DNA of 64,000 nt from Eledone cirrhosa (GCA_964016885.1 OZ024765.1:310001-374000), one strand, 5' to 3'; shown: positions 32,650 through 49,491, numbered from the stretch's first letter. Numbers and translations are program-made. The notes: a model not told the origin generated them from the letters alone.

Positions 32650-33386
32650 CGTTCACCTCTTCACCATCGCAACAATTTTTATACATTTTTATTATTGTTG
32701 AAATCGATTTTATGGCGGGGTTATGGTATTAGTGGTGGTGGTGTATGTGGCGGTGGTGTGGATGTGCTGTCGTTGGTGGTGGTGGTGGTGGAGTGGAAGT
32801 GTTATGTGCTGGTGGTGGTGATGTTGGTGCAGGTGGTTGGATGGTTGTAATGTCATTATCTACAATGATACTAGAATAAGACGTATTGTAATGCCGAAAG
32901 GAACAGCTAGAAATAGCAGTGAAACCTTACTCAAAATATGGTCATAAATTATTCTTTTCATTATATCCAAAATAACTATTTAAATTAAAGTAGTACTAAA
33001 TACACAGAGGGTGAAGATTTAGAAGACTAGTTAGGGGGTCGGACTAAGGTTTAGTGATAGCATGTTTATACTATAGCTAAACTATATCTTACGTTAGCTA
33101 TAGTATAGCGATAGTATGGCTATAGTATGAACTACAATATTGCTATAATATATATATCCCTTTTCTTTAAACTCCTCAACCAATGACCTCCACAGATCTC
33201 AATCACCACCCTCTCCTACCACCAGAAAATATATCAATACCACCATATTACTTCGGCAATGATTTCTCCTGAACGAACAGTTCTAGTCCTGTAGAATCAT
33301 TTCTATGTTAAATATTTATACTCTCCTTTGTATTGAGTACCTTACTCTACTGTGGTTACCCCCGATTCAACCTGGCTGGGATAAAC

Positions 33387-33480
<94 letters not shown>

Positions 33481-33583
33481 ATAATAATAAATGTGAAGAT
33501 TAACATCCGAAGAGGGCTCCATAAGGATAATATAAATATATAAAATAGATCAGACAATATGTCAGTATAATCAACTCCTCGAA

Positions 33584-33759
33584 ACGAGCGTAAAACTATG
33601 ATATGAATAGGTAAAGTAACTTGACTTTGTTGTTATTTTCATTGTAAAATGAATATCTAATATATATATATGTATATTCATTTTACATATTCATTTTACA
33701 ATGAAAATAACAACAAAGTCAAGTTACTTTACCTATTCATATCATAGTTTTACGCTCGT
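33584..33759. repeat. Perfect 73-bp inverted repeat with a 30-bp spacer
   Basis: 33584-33656 equals the reverse complement of 33687-33759. Confidence 0.92.
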
Positions 33760-33780
33760 ATATATATATATAGTTTTACG

Positions 33781-33814
<34 letters not shown>

Positions 33815-33925
33815 CGATGGAAATGTGGTAAGGAACCAGGTGGACCATAACGCACCAAAGTTCTCAATACTTAGGGTAGTAGACTGGGTAATAGGAACCA
33901 GTAAGACCCCAGTGTCTTACTGGTT

Positions 33926-34044
<119 letters not shown>

Positions 34045-34235
34045 CGTTGACAAATATATCAATATGCCCAGAGATGTAGATATGTTGCCCTTGGTATGAC
34101 AGTGTGGTTTTAGCTCAATGTAGGATAACTAGTATACTACAGAGCCGTTATAGTTATAGGAATAACCAAAGAGTGCTTAGAAATACATAGTTTTATTAGC
34201 TAACGGTGTTTCATCAATTCACCATGGCAGGAATC

Positions 34236-34304
<69 letters not shown>

Positions 34305-34685
34305 TTAGAAACACACAGATACATGCGGACACACACATATACATGAATGCATCCGCATTACTAATTATACCTAAATGTTTCTTCTCTCTTCATAATATAT
34401 ATATATATATATATATATAAATTATGTATAAATTATATATTTACATAGAAATCGAACCAGTTGAAAAGAGTATAGTTCCATGAATTTGCTTGGATTATAG
34501 AAAGTTCTTCCTCTCTGAAATCTTTTAAAAGAATGAAGGATGGGAAAAATATTAGAATTGTAAGCTAAAATAGATAATTCACTGATATGGTTTTTACACG
34601 TTTTCGCAAACCTTTCTAACCCTGTTTACATTTACAATGTTGAGTTGTTAAATGGCTGACATCAATAACCGATGTCTCCTTGGTA

Positions 34686-34736
<51 letters not shown>

Positions 34737-34801
34737 ACAAAATATATATACATACCTACGTATATACTTACATACTATACATACATATACATATATAAAT
34801 T

Positions 34802-34883
<82 letters not shown>

Positions 34884-35173
34884 CATATATATATATATAA
34901 ATGCATACATAGATACATATGTAACTCGCCCGAACTGATGATATATATATATATATATATATATATCTTTTTCAACATTATGTATATAATCACATACACC
35001 CACATACACACACACACACCCACACCCACCCACACACAAACTCACACACATGTTGATATCGTGTTAGGATATGTTATGGATGAGCGTTTAAATAGAAATA
35101 TCGGCATATGTATATATGTATGCATACATATATATATATTTATACATAAATATATGAGAGTATGTCTGTGTGT

Positions 35174-35222
<49 letters not shown>

Positions 35223-35397
35223 GAGAGAGAGAGATAAAGAAAGAAAAAGATATACATAAATACATACACATATATATAAATATATATATATAAAATATGG
35301 ACATATGTAAATTTGACGAATATATTTATGAATATGTGTGCATATATATATATATACATATATTCGTTTAAAATATATATATATATCCATATATACG

Positions 35398-35435
<38 letters not shown>

Positions 35436-35471
35436 ATATATATTACATATATATGTTTATATATGTGCGTT

Positions 35472-35592
<121 letters not shown>

Positions 35593-36028
35593 ATATATTG
35601 ATATATATAACATGCATATATATAATATATTGATATATATAACATGCATATATATAATATACATGCGTGTAAAGGGCTACAAACGTTTAAGAAAAAGCTC
35701 TGCAAATGCACATCTCTAGGCAAAAATAATGAAAAAAGACAGGGATGGCTTCTGTTTATGGCTGTCTATATATTACCTTCTAAACAGGGGCATATGTGCA
35801 ATGGCGGTGGTTGTAAAATACTGTGAGATGGTAGGGTAGATATATAGTGAGGAGGAGAAGGGGAGAGCGGGAAAGGAGACGAGGGAGAGAGGAGAGGGTA
35901 GAGGGAGAGTGAGAGGGAGAGATCCATTTTCAACTTGTGAGATAAATCATAAAATTTATCTCTCGTTCCGACAAAGAATTAAAACCGGATTGCTCCATAT
36001 GTATGTAGACACACACACACACACACAT

Positions 36029-36070
<42 letters not shown>

Positions 36071-36224
36071 GTACTAAAATATGGAGAAAAATACGTATAT
36101 ATATATATATATGCATTTATACACACACACGTATATATATATATATATATATATATATACGTGTGTGTGTATAAATGCATATATATATATATATATATAT
36201 ATATACTTGTGTGTGTATAAATGC

Positions 36225-36325
<101 letters not shown>

Positions 36326-36574
36326 CATGGCAATAAATTTGTAGTTATTACATTATTTTTTATCTGTGTAGGTTTTCATAATTTCTTGTTGATTTTGGGG
36401 AAAGAACGCTTCTACATTCAATATATTCTTTTCCAAACCAATTGGTTTTGAGAATAAAAATTATTCCAGTAGCTTTAAGATTCCTTATAATTCATAACCA
36501 GGAATGTCTAACTAAAAATACATTCATCTAAGTATGGACCTCCTCTCTCTCTGATAGGTTTGTGGTAGAATCTG

Positions 36575-37625
36575 TAGCAGCAGTGGAGACTTCAGGCGTT
36601 CTCCGCCCTCGAACCACATCCTGCTATCGAGAATGGCTTCATGTCCAACCAATGGCAAAGTAGACTTCAGGCGTTCTTACTCTCCCGACCACATCCTTTC
36701 AAATTTGAATAGGCTTTTGTTCTACCTTCGGCGGTAGAGACTTCAGGCGTTCTTGGCCACATCTCTGCGACCTGGAATAGCGTTTTGTTCCACCAGGGTG
36801 AGAGAAAACGTCCGATGTTCTTGGCCTCGGGACCACTTCGTTGTGATCTGGAATAGCTTCTTGTCCAACCAGGGACAGGGAAGAATTCCGGCCTTCTTCG
36901 CTTTGGGACCACATTTTTGTGATTTGGAGTGGCTTCTTGCTTAAGTAGGTACTGTATAGAATTCAGGCGTTCTTGGATCCCGGACCACATCAATGGGATC
37001 TGGAATAGCTTCTTGTTCAACCAGGGGCAGTAGAGACTTCCAGAGTTCTTGGCCTCCTAACCACATCTCTGTGATCTGGAATCGCCTCATGTTCTACCTC
37101 TGCGATCTGGAGTGACACCTTGTTTCGATGTTCTTGGCTTCCGGACCACATCTTTGCGATTGAATATTGTCTATCCTGAAACAGTGGAGACTTCCAGCGT
37201 CCTTGGCCCCTGAAACACATCTCTGTTCACTACTACCGGAACGGAATTGGCTGCCTTCCCGTAGCAGTGAACCCCATCGATTGCGGAGTGACTATTGTCC
37301 AACAAGTGACATAGGACAATTTTCGATGTTCTTCGCATTTACACCACAGCTCGGCTCACTTCTATCGGAGAGGATTTGGCTGCTTTGCTGTAGTTGCGCT
37401 CGTCGCGAGGTGCAGGGCTGTTTTGCTCAATCTAGAGGGTGGAGACTTGCGGTGTTATTAGAACCTTGACCACATCCTTGCTCAATGCTATAGGAACGAA
37501 GTTGGCTGACCACCGCTGCGTACAAGGTGAGGTAGTATGGCATTTTGTCTCCTGTAGCAGTGGAGATTTTCAACGTACTTCGCTTCAGGTAAACATCTCT
37601 GTTCAATGAACATCTCTGTCAATGA
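36575..37625. repeat. Diverged GC-richer tandem array: ~75-bp units followed by longer ~125-bp units
   Basis: AGACTTCAGGCGTTCTT...ACCACATC...CTGGAATAGCTTCTTG.TCAACCAGGG recurs at about 36586, 36661, 36737, 36806, 36881, 36957, 37032, 37187, 37441 and 37561. Confidence 0.85.
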
Positions 37626-37888
37626 ACTATTCAGTAGCCCAGCCTCATATCTGAACTAGAGCCGTTCAACAATCCCATTTTTCGATACATTAACCTATAC
37701 ATAAACACCACCAGAGTAGTTACCCCCCGCTTCACCACAAATTATATTACAATCAAAGTGGATTAATGGACGCCTACTAACATAAAACTGTTTGCTTAAG
37801 TTCAATGATTTTTCCATTGCTCATAAATCAAAACGTATTTTAAACAAAAATCTATTTACACAACTACCACAGACCAGGTGACATACAT

Positions 37889-37919
<31 letters not shown>

Positions 37920-37961
37920 AAAATATATATATATATATATATATACGCTTTACACCATGCC

Positions 37962-38067
<106 letters not shown>

Positions 38068-38217
38068 CTCTTTACACCATGCCACTGTATATATATATAT
38101 ATACGCGTACACATGATTATGTATATGAGATAATATAGTTATATAATTTATTTTCACACATTATCTCTCCTCATATGATGTGTATATATGTGTGAGAGTG
38201 TATGCATATATACATAT

Positions 38218-38253
<36 letters not shown>

Positions 38254-38259
38254 TTATAT

Positions 38260-38324
<65 letters not shown>

Positions 38325-38425
38325 ATATATAATATATAAGGCCTGGTGATTAGTGGAAATACACACTTGTGCAAATTCTATAATTTTATATACGATTATA
38401 TGTAGACCCCACACACACATATATG

Positions 38426-38503
<78 letters not shown>

Positions 38504-38886
38504 CATACTTCACGTATACATGGGTATATATGCTGTATATATACATTTGTTTACAACATCCACCACATCAACAAATACGTAAATGATAAAACTCGAACCT
38601 GGGTGTATTCAACTACGTTAGACTTAGGTTAACACATCCGATAAGTTTTCCAGAATTTAATAGCTACTTATTCGCAATATTTGAACGGTTTTTACATTGA
38701 ATAAAGTTATAAAACTGTACACCAGCGGTAATGGATTTAAAAGACGAGAATATATAGCAACGTATGTGGATAATGATTAGGGAGGAAGTTACCGTTGTGG
38801 AGAAGAGGGAACACATTTAGTAGTTAATTTTATAAAATATTCTGCATACACACAAACACACGTCTCTTTATATATATATTATATAT

Positions 38887-38928
<42 letters not shown>

Positions 38929-38995
38929 ACACATGTATATATATACACACACATATATATATGCACACATATATATATACACACACATAAATATA

Positions 38996-39081
<86 letters not shown>

Positions 39082-39126
39082 AATATATACATAAATATAT
39101 ACATAAATATATACATAAAGATATAC

Positions 39127-39157
<31 letters not shown>

Positions 39158-39192
39158 CATAAATATATACATACATATACACATATATATAC

Positions 39193-39243
<51 letters not shown>

Positions 39244-39337
39244 CATACATATATACATATATATATACATATATATATAAATATATATATATATACATAT
39301 ATATATGTATATATATATATATATGTATATATATACA

Positions 39338-39373
<36 letters not shown>

Positions 39374-39424
39374 CATATATAAATATATATACGTATATAC
39401 AAATACATATCTATATATATATAC

Positions 39425-39465
<41 letters not shown>

Positions 39466-39472
39466 CATATAC

Positions 39473-39507
<35 letters not shown>

Positions 39508-39552
39508 CGTATATACATATACATATCTATATATATACGTAATTACATATAC

Positions 39553-39583
<31 letters not shown>

Positions 39584-39844
39584 GGATGTATAGGTATAAT
39601 ATATATTGTTAACAAAAACTAAACACAACTTAACAAGAATGCCACTTCAAGTTAAGTGGAAGAAACTATTAATATTAATCGAGAACGATCGGAACGTCTA
39701 ACCTTTTAATAAAAGAGACCGATGTAAATATGCTTATGCGTGTGTGTGTGTGTATATATGTGCCTGTGTCTTTGTGCCTACACACATATATGCGTGTGCG
39801 TGCGTCAGTGTGTGTATATATATGTGCTTGGGTGTGTTACTGAG

Positions 39845-39918
<74 letters not shown>

Positions 39919-40050
39919 CCTATACAAAGAAATCTTTGTCCCTCTACATATATATACAAATTTAATAGTACCGCACTAATACACACACTTTATATATATA
40001 CTCTCTCTATATATATATATAAATACATACGTATACATACATACATATAT

Positions 40051-40155
<105 letters not shown>

Positions 40156-40301
40156 GTATATATATATATATATACATATATACCCACTATACTACCATAA
40201 GTATTGAGTACTCTGGTGCGTTATGGTACATCTGGTTCTTTAGCGCAATTCCTTAGTTATATATATTTATATATACACACACACACATATATATAAATAT
40301 T

Positions 40302-40351
<50 letters not shown>

Positions 40352-40399
40352 AATATTTATATATATGTATATATATATATATGTATATATATATATGTA

Positions 40400-40448
<49 letters not shown>

Positions 40449-40702
40449 ATTATGTAATAAACAACATAAGGCAATTATTCCATTTACCAGTGGTTTCTTA
40501 AAAGCAAAAGGTTTTGCTTTCAATCCTCAGAATGAAAAATCCTGGTTTCGTTTATTGAATATGGATTCTAAAAACAAAAATGCAATCTATGAAAGTGAGG
40601 CTGGAAAAGGGAGAAGGAAAGGAAAAATAAAATAAAACTACACATGCAAACACACACAAAAATATATATATAAATATTTATATATATATATGTATATATA
40701 TG

Positions 40703-40743
<41 letters not shown>

Positions 40744-41443
40744 TTGTGTGCATGTATATATATACATTATAGATATATACATATCAGGAGTTGTGACTGG
40801 TAGATAGTATCAGCAATGGGAAGACCAATGGGAACATTATTTCCCCGGGATGCTCCGAGAATGCACTACTCTTCTCTTTTTTCATTATCATACTCCAGGA
40901 CCAACACACGATCGATTCACCAATGCAGTGATATCGAAGTTGTGCCTCCACACCCATTCTTCAGTGGAACAGATAAACATACTCCTTTTTCTATAGAACT
41001 AAATATATTACAGAATTTTACACATAACCAAACACAATTTATATTTTTTTAAATCAGGCCTCGTAGTTTCTCTACATTAATTTTAGTGTGAGGTAAACAG
41101 GCATGATGAAATGGTGCCCGTAATATCAAAACTAAACACTCACAAGTTACACTACATCTTACGTCGGAAAGAGGACGAGCTACGCACTACGATACAAGTC
41201 TCTTTTGATAAAGGCTCGTTTCCCCGAAATCCCGGGATGGCCATTTTTTTGATAAGATAAACAGTTTGCTGATAATTCCAGCAAGCTGTCATTTAATCGA
41301 TGATCAGATATATTATATAACAGCAGACGCAGATAAACACATTTTCTTTAAGAACAAATCTGTGTAATATATTTTAAACACTTATATTCATAATATTTGT
41401 GAAATTTATATGTGGTTCACATTTATAATATATGTATATACCT

Positions 41444-41490
<47 letters not shown>

Positions 41491-41594
41491 ATATATATAT
41501 AGATATATATATATATATATATACATATATATATACACACAAGTATATATATATATATGTATATATACATGTATATATATATATATATACATTC

Positions 41595-41625
<31 letters not shown>

Positions 41626-41862
41626 ATATACATGTATATTATATATACACATATATATACATATATATACATGTATATACCTGCATATAATTTATATACA
41701 TATATACATATATATACATGTATATATATATATGTATATGTACACACATATATATATATATACATATATATACATATATATATATACATATATATACATA
41801 TATATATACATATAAATACATATACATATATAATGTTCACACAAACACACGCACACAGACAC

Positions 41863-41895
<33 letters not shown>

Positions 41896-42160
41896 CATAC
41901 TTATATATATATATATTTATATATATATATATATGTGTGTGTGTATGTGTGTGTGTGCGTGTGTGTATGCTGGTGCATGTGAGTTTTAGAGCAATTCATA
42001 TGTAAACAAATTGTTACCTACATATTTACCCACGTATTTTATGTTTATTCCTCACGAACACGAAATTTAAAATTGTCGAGTTGCTATAAGAAAATGAAAA
42101 ATAATGTCTTCCATTAGTAGCTGTTAAAAAGATATATGTGACGTATATTTTGAAGAATTT

Positions 42161-42217
<57 letters not shown>

Positions 42218-42391
42218 TAGACATAAATATACATATATATACCTACGTATATATATACATATATAGATATACATATATATATAATATATACATATGCATA
42301 TATATATACATACACACAGATATATAATATACACATATACATATATATTCATATATATAATAGACAAATAGTTATGTATATTGACAGTTAT

Positions 42392-42446
<55 letters not shown>

Positions 42447-43235
42447 TATAGAGAGATAGATAGATATACATATATAATATATAAATATATATGCATACAT
42501 ATATATAGATATACGTATATATAAAACATACATACATATATATAGATATTCATATATATATATAATACATACATATATATATATATTGAGAGGGAGAGAG
42601 ACATACATATATGCATATATATATATGTATATAGATAGATATACATATACATATATTCATATACATACATATTCATACATATATATTCATACATACATAT
42701 ATGTATATATATACATACATATATATATATATACATATTCTTTGTGCTTTTCCCGCTCTCCTTTCCCTATTATTTATCTCCATATTTCATCTTCCTCGCA
42801 CGTTTTTTATTTTATTTCATTTTATTTCATTTTATTTCATTTGATTTCATTTTATTTCATATTATTTCATTTTATTTTATTATTTTTGTTCTTTTCATGA
42901 CTGAAGGAAGACTAGTTATGAATGTTAATATAGTTTTACTGTGGTATTTACAAGTGTCTGATTTTCAAACTCTTCAGAACGATGACAGCTCTCAAGCTGA
43001 GAAAGTAAACAAAAAAAAAAATGGCGCGTGGTGTATTTAGAGGTGGAGAAAATATGACGAGGAGGAGAGAATATCTGTGATTTATGAAGATATTCCTTTC
43101 AAAATGAAACGAAACAAGCAAAAATCTCCCTACAAAAATCTCCAACAAAATGTAAAATATAAAATGATGTTGAATATTGAGGGAAGAATAATGGGAACAA
43201 AAAGATATATGTGTGTGTATATATATATATATGCA

Positions 43236-43304
<69 letters not shown>

Positions 43305-43465
43305 TTATATATATAGAGAGGGAAAAATATACTTATACATATGTATCTATATACTTATGTATATATATCTAGATATGTATGTATATACTTATATATATAT
43401 ATATACATTTACATAAGGGTATACATAATCACACACATACACACACATACTCACATACTACACAT

Positions 43466-43502
<37 letters not shown>

Positions 43503-43676
43503 GATATATAGATATACATATATACATATATAGGTATATATATATATAAATATATACAAATATATATATAAATAGATATATAAATATATATAATATATTT
43601 AGAGGTATACATGTTTATGTATATATATATATACAGATATATATATACATATATATTTATGTATATATATATACAG

Positions 43677-43707
<31 letters not shown>

Positions 43708-43873
43708 CATATATATACATATATATATATATATATATTGGAGGGCGCATATGTTCGTGTGTTATGCCCAGATTAAAATGTTAAATTTGATTTATATGTA
43801 CTGGCCGGACATACATACGGATATATATACACGCTTATATATACATGTACACACATACATATACATGGACACT

Positions 43874-43958
<85 letters not shown>

Positions 43959-43961
43959 ATG

Positions 43962-43999
<38 letters not shown>

Positions 44000-44363
44000 C
44001 ACATATATATATATGTATACATATATAGTATATTTATATAGAAGAGAACTTATATACTTATATAAATACAGACACATGTACATGAACATACTGGATATTC
44101 CTACATATATACATATATATATAAATGCATATATTCATTCATACACACATACATACATACATGCAACATACATAATTACATATATACATACATAGCTACA
44201 TAAGTATATATATATATACACACACACAAATAATAACGTATATACATCCATAAATACATACTTTTACGTTATATAACATATATATATAGGTGAATGGAAT
44301 CCATCCTTACACACACACACAAATCTATCTATCTATCTATCCATCTATCTATCTATCTATCTA

Positions 44364-44461
44364 TTGTTATTGCCTCCTCCTTATTGAGGACGCCTTTTTA
44401 TGTAAACTCCCCCCGTTGTACTTGTCCCACTTTTGATGCCCTGGTGGCAAATAAAAGAAAC
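44364..44461 (+). mobile_element. Short 3'-end copy of the same family, inside (TATC)n
   Basis: TATGTAAACTCCCCCCGTTGTACTTGTCCCACTTTTGATGCCCTGGTGGCAAATAAAAGAAA aligns with about 31109-31170. (TATC)n on both sides. Confidence 0.6.
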
Positions 44462-44462
44462 A

Positions 44463-44518
<56 letters not shown>

Positions 44519-44520
44519 AT

Positions 44521-44626
<106 letters not shown>

Positions 44627-44897
44627 CATCTATCATACACATGTACATTCACACACTACATTCATTACATACATACTTTTACATTATATAACATATATAT
44701 AAATGAATAGAATTCCCCTTTACACACACACAAACACACACACACGCACACGCACATATATATATATATATATAGAGATATATAAATATATATCTCTATA
44801 TACACTACATAGATACAATACATACAGACACATATATACACACAGACCTCATACATACTTTTACATACTATCACACATATATAAGTGAATATATAAG

Positions 44898-44954
<57 letters not shown>

Positions 44955-45344
44955 ACACTACATAGATACACATATACATACAAACACACACACACACTAT
45001 GTACATATATGAACACACAAACGCGCACATAACCACACAACCCACCTCATTCATAATATACATGACATATATAAGATATATATGTGAATAGCATTACTTC
45101 CTACTTCAAATCCACTTCAGGGACAGTTTCACGAACTAGAAGTTTATCAATGTAACCCATTTGCTATTTATCCTTTGTAAATCTGGCAGAAAACTGTTGG
45201 ATAGTTAATTATAAGCGTATGACAATTCTCTCCCTTAGAGCGGGCTTTATGCAATGGAGTTTATTGTTCGTAAGGACGACTTTAACAAGACTTTAATAGA
45301 AGAATACACATCACTTGTATGTAGAGAAAGAGAGGAAAAACATG

Positions 45345-45534
<190 letters not shown>

Positions 45535-45659
45535 TATATGTAAGTATATATATACGACAAACTGTATAATTGTACAACTGTACAACTATATAACATAGAT
45601 TTTAGTTAATATACTACTTTGAATGGATAGTTTCATGTGTACATACATATTTAGGTATG

Positions 45660-45697
<38 letters not shown>

Positions 45698-45867
45698 TAT
45701 ATATATTTATTTGTATGTATATTACCTGGAAATGATATATAAATGCTTATATTAATAGGCATCATTATATACATGTATGTTTATAAATATAGATGTACAT
45801 ATATATCTATATACATATCTAAACAAATACGTATATATCTATGTACAAATACATATATATACATCTA

Positions 45868-45913
<46 letters not shown>

Positions 45914-45953
45914 CACATATACATACTGTATATACTCACATATACATACGTAC

Positions 45954-46014
<61 letters not shown>

Positions 46015-46524
46015 TAAATATATATACATGTATATGCGTTGATGGAATTGAAAAGAAGATTTTTCCCCCAATTTCCAAGAAATACTAAAAAGAATTCTCA
46101 AAGAAAGGAGTTTTTATCATGAAAGCATGTAACAGGAAGATAACACAATAAAAAATTTCTAATAAAGCAAAATGGCTGCCATTTCTGAATTCCCTTCTCT
46201 TACTATTTCCCGTTTAAGTAATAATTTCTAAATCGAAATAAGAAAAAGGCGACGTTATTTTCTTCTCAGAATTACAGCCTATGTGACAGTAATTGCCCCG
46301 TCCTTATAGTACTTACCTAATGTCTTTCGTTTTCCTCTTTATATGTCTTTCTCGGTTTTTGTTTATTTTATGTAGTTTTCTTAGTGTGTTTTTGTATGAT
46401 TTGTAGAGTGTGTTTTTTTGTGTATTATTTTTCTCGTTTTCTAGATATTTCTATTGAGAAAAGCTACATTTATTACAGTATTATATAGTATTATAGTATT
46501 ATAGCTATAACATTGTAATAAGCG

Positions 46525-46815
46525 TTCTGTGTTCATATCCCGCTGAGGTTAGCTTTGCTTTTTATCCTGACGGGGTTGATAAAATAAAGTACCAGTAATA
46601 CACTGTAATAATTAATTGTGTCAAAAGGAGAAAGGTTCGGAGTTCAAATCCCACCGAGGTTAGCTTTGCTTTAAAATAAAGTACCAGTAATTCAGTGCGA
46701 TATTTGCTGGCTTTTTGCCAAAATTAGAAACCATCATTGCTATCATGAATCCAGAATGTTACGGTTCAAATCCCGCCGAGGTTAACTTTACCTTAATAAG
46801 TACCGGTTACCAGTA
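46525..46815 (+). mobile_element. Three nested or tandem SINE fragments
   Basis: GTTCA.ATCCC.C.GAGGTTA occurs three times, each followed by AAGTACC.GT. Confidence 0.78.
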
Positions 46816-46822
46816 TATACAG

Positions 46823-46867
<45 letters not shown>

Positions 46868-46950
46868 TATATACACATTGACACATATATATTTGTATGT
46901 TATATACATAAACACACATATACACACACACACATATATATATATTTATG

Positions 46951-46990
<40 letters not shown>

Positions 46991-47769
46991 TATACATACA
47001 CATATATACACATATATGTATATATATACATATGTGAATATCCTTCATTTGTTAATAGTTTGAATAGTATTAAAAACTCCAGGAAAACTCTACTGTTGAG
47101 TGCTTTTAATTTATTGTAAAATTGTATTCATTGAGTAATCAACGAACCATAATAATCTTTGGTTATATATACACATATGGTGGCTGTCAACTCGTTTTCT
47201 CAGTACGGCCACTACTTTATATCCATGTAGGAGAACCCCTGCCGGTGCGCTGAACGAGTGTGACTTTTTAGTCCAGCCAGCGACTTGAAAACTCTGGTAC
47301 AAACACTACACTTGTGACAATTATTGATACATAGTGCTGGGCCCATGGTACCATGTGACGACAAGTGCAGAGAGATCTCCAGATATAAAGCAATGCCTCT
47401 GCCGTGAAGCTTTTATAGTGAGCAAAGGCTCTGCACAAAGCCAGTCCCACTCTCTTAACCAAGATGATATTTACCAAAAAGAAGAACAAGTCAACATCAT
47501 TGGATACCATCAGGGTTGCAGGTGTTATATCAGAGTTTTCCTTCTCCTAGAATTCTGCCTTGACAAGGGCTAAGGGGTAATCTCTCTCGGTGATTTTGGA
47601 TGGTCATTGACTCTTAAGAGCTCCTTTGCTCATATATGTATATATACATATTTGTATACATAAAAAACATCTAAATAAACACACACAAATGAATATATAT
47701 ATATATGTCCCAAGGCTCTGATACCATCAACACCATAAACACAGAGCTAGCATATCTAAGAACTAACTA

Positions 47770-47825
47770 ACTGCCTGATGAGGTCATATCCATTCAATGG
47801 CTACCATCGAAATATATATAGCAGT
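47770..47825 (+). ncRNA. Minimal type I hammerhead ribozyme motif
   Basis: actgc-CTGATGA-g..ccatt-c-aatgg..c-GAAA-tatata-TA-gcagt. Stem I is a perfect 5 bp; stem II is irregular. Confidence 0.7.
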
Positions 47826-47866
47826 AAAAAAAGGATTATGAGTTCATGTAATTGACTTATGTTTCG

Positions 47867-47917
<51 letters not shown>

Positions 47918-47919
<2 letters not shown>

Positions 47920-48198
47920 TAATAAAAGCAATTCCAACTTTGTCTGATTTACTCGTTTTATCTACAATCCTTTAAAATTTATAATGTTATTAGAATGAAA
48001 TAGTAGGGTAGAATATTAAATGTTAAGTGTTAATTTAACAAGTACTATCATGCTTTCGCAATCTTCAGGTTCATAATGTGTGGTGACAGTCAAGTTTGCA
48101 ATTTTCAACTGTATTCATCATTCTTATACCATTATAAATTTTAAAGGATTGTAAATAAAACGAGTAAATCAGACAAAGTTGGAATTCCTTTTATTAAT
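47918..48198. mobile_element. MITE-like fold-back element with ~81-bp terminal inverted repeats
   Basis: Left arm 47918-47998 is the near-perfect reverse complement of 48118-48198. It abuts (TA)n on the left. Confidence 0.75.
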
Positions 48199-48233
48199 AT
48201 ATTCTTCTGTACACAATCATACACACCCGTGTA

Positions 48234-48316
<83 letters not shown>

Positions 48317-48907
48317 ATATATATATCTATATATATGTATATAAATACACATTTTTTTTTGTGAAAGTCTTCGGCGGACTGCATGGTTGTATGTCTGTAA
48401 GTTGAGTTCCGATTCTGCGTAATGATAGCTCAACTCTCACCACCTCCAAACGGAAACGGGATGACATATCTTCTAGAAATGTTACCTAGGCCAATGTCAG
48501 CAATGAAAGGGGTGAAAAATCATTGTCTTGTCTTTCACTACAGATTGACGTCTTTATTATCTCATATTTTTATCTTCAACTCTTTGAAAAACGTATCCAA
48601 AATTCTTTATCACCCTGAAGCGTTTTGGCAGCCAAAGATTGAAACGCCTTTCTCTTCTACAATCGATTCGTTCCACACAGTACGAATACTGACTCGAGTT
48701 AATTGGAAAATGTTAAGAATTCACCTTCAGGTCGTGAATATATATATACATATATATATGCATATATATATGTATGTATATGTATGTATGTATGAATATA
48801 TGTGTATGTATGTATGTATGTAAGTATATGAAGTTTTTGCACCTCTGTGTGTTGTCTCCTTGAACTATATATACATATATATACACAACCTACAGAACCA
48901 CACACAC

Positions 48908-49054
<147 letters not shown>

Positions 49055-49139
49055 CATATATATATGCCTGTGTGTGTGGTCCTGTAGGTTGTGTATATAT
49101 ATGTATATATATTTCAAGGAAACAACAAACAGAGGTATA

Positions 49140-49201
<62 letters not shown>

Positions 49202-49217
49202 TATACATATATATATG

Positions 49218-49252
<35 letters not shown>

Positions 49253-49296
49253 GTATATATATACATATATATATATACATATATATATATATACAC

Positions 49297-49328
<32 letters not shown>

Positions 49329-49329
49329 G

Positions 49330-49491
<162 letters not shown>

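Noticed and set aside
36575-37230. tRNA-sized units ending in ACCA
   Set aside because: No convincing D arm, anticodon arm or TTCRA loop could be drawn.
42962-43010. Possible 27-nt microexon (tcttcag/AACGAT...GAGAAA/gtaaac)
   Set aside because: Weak donor, no partner exons and no recognisable protein.
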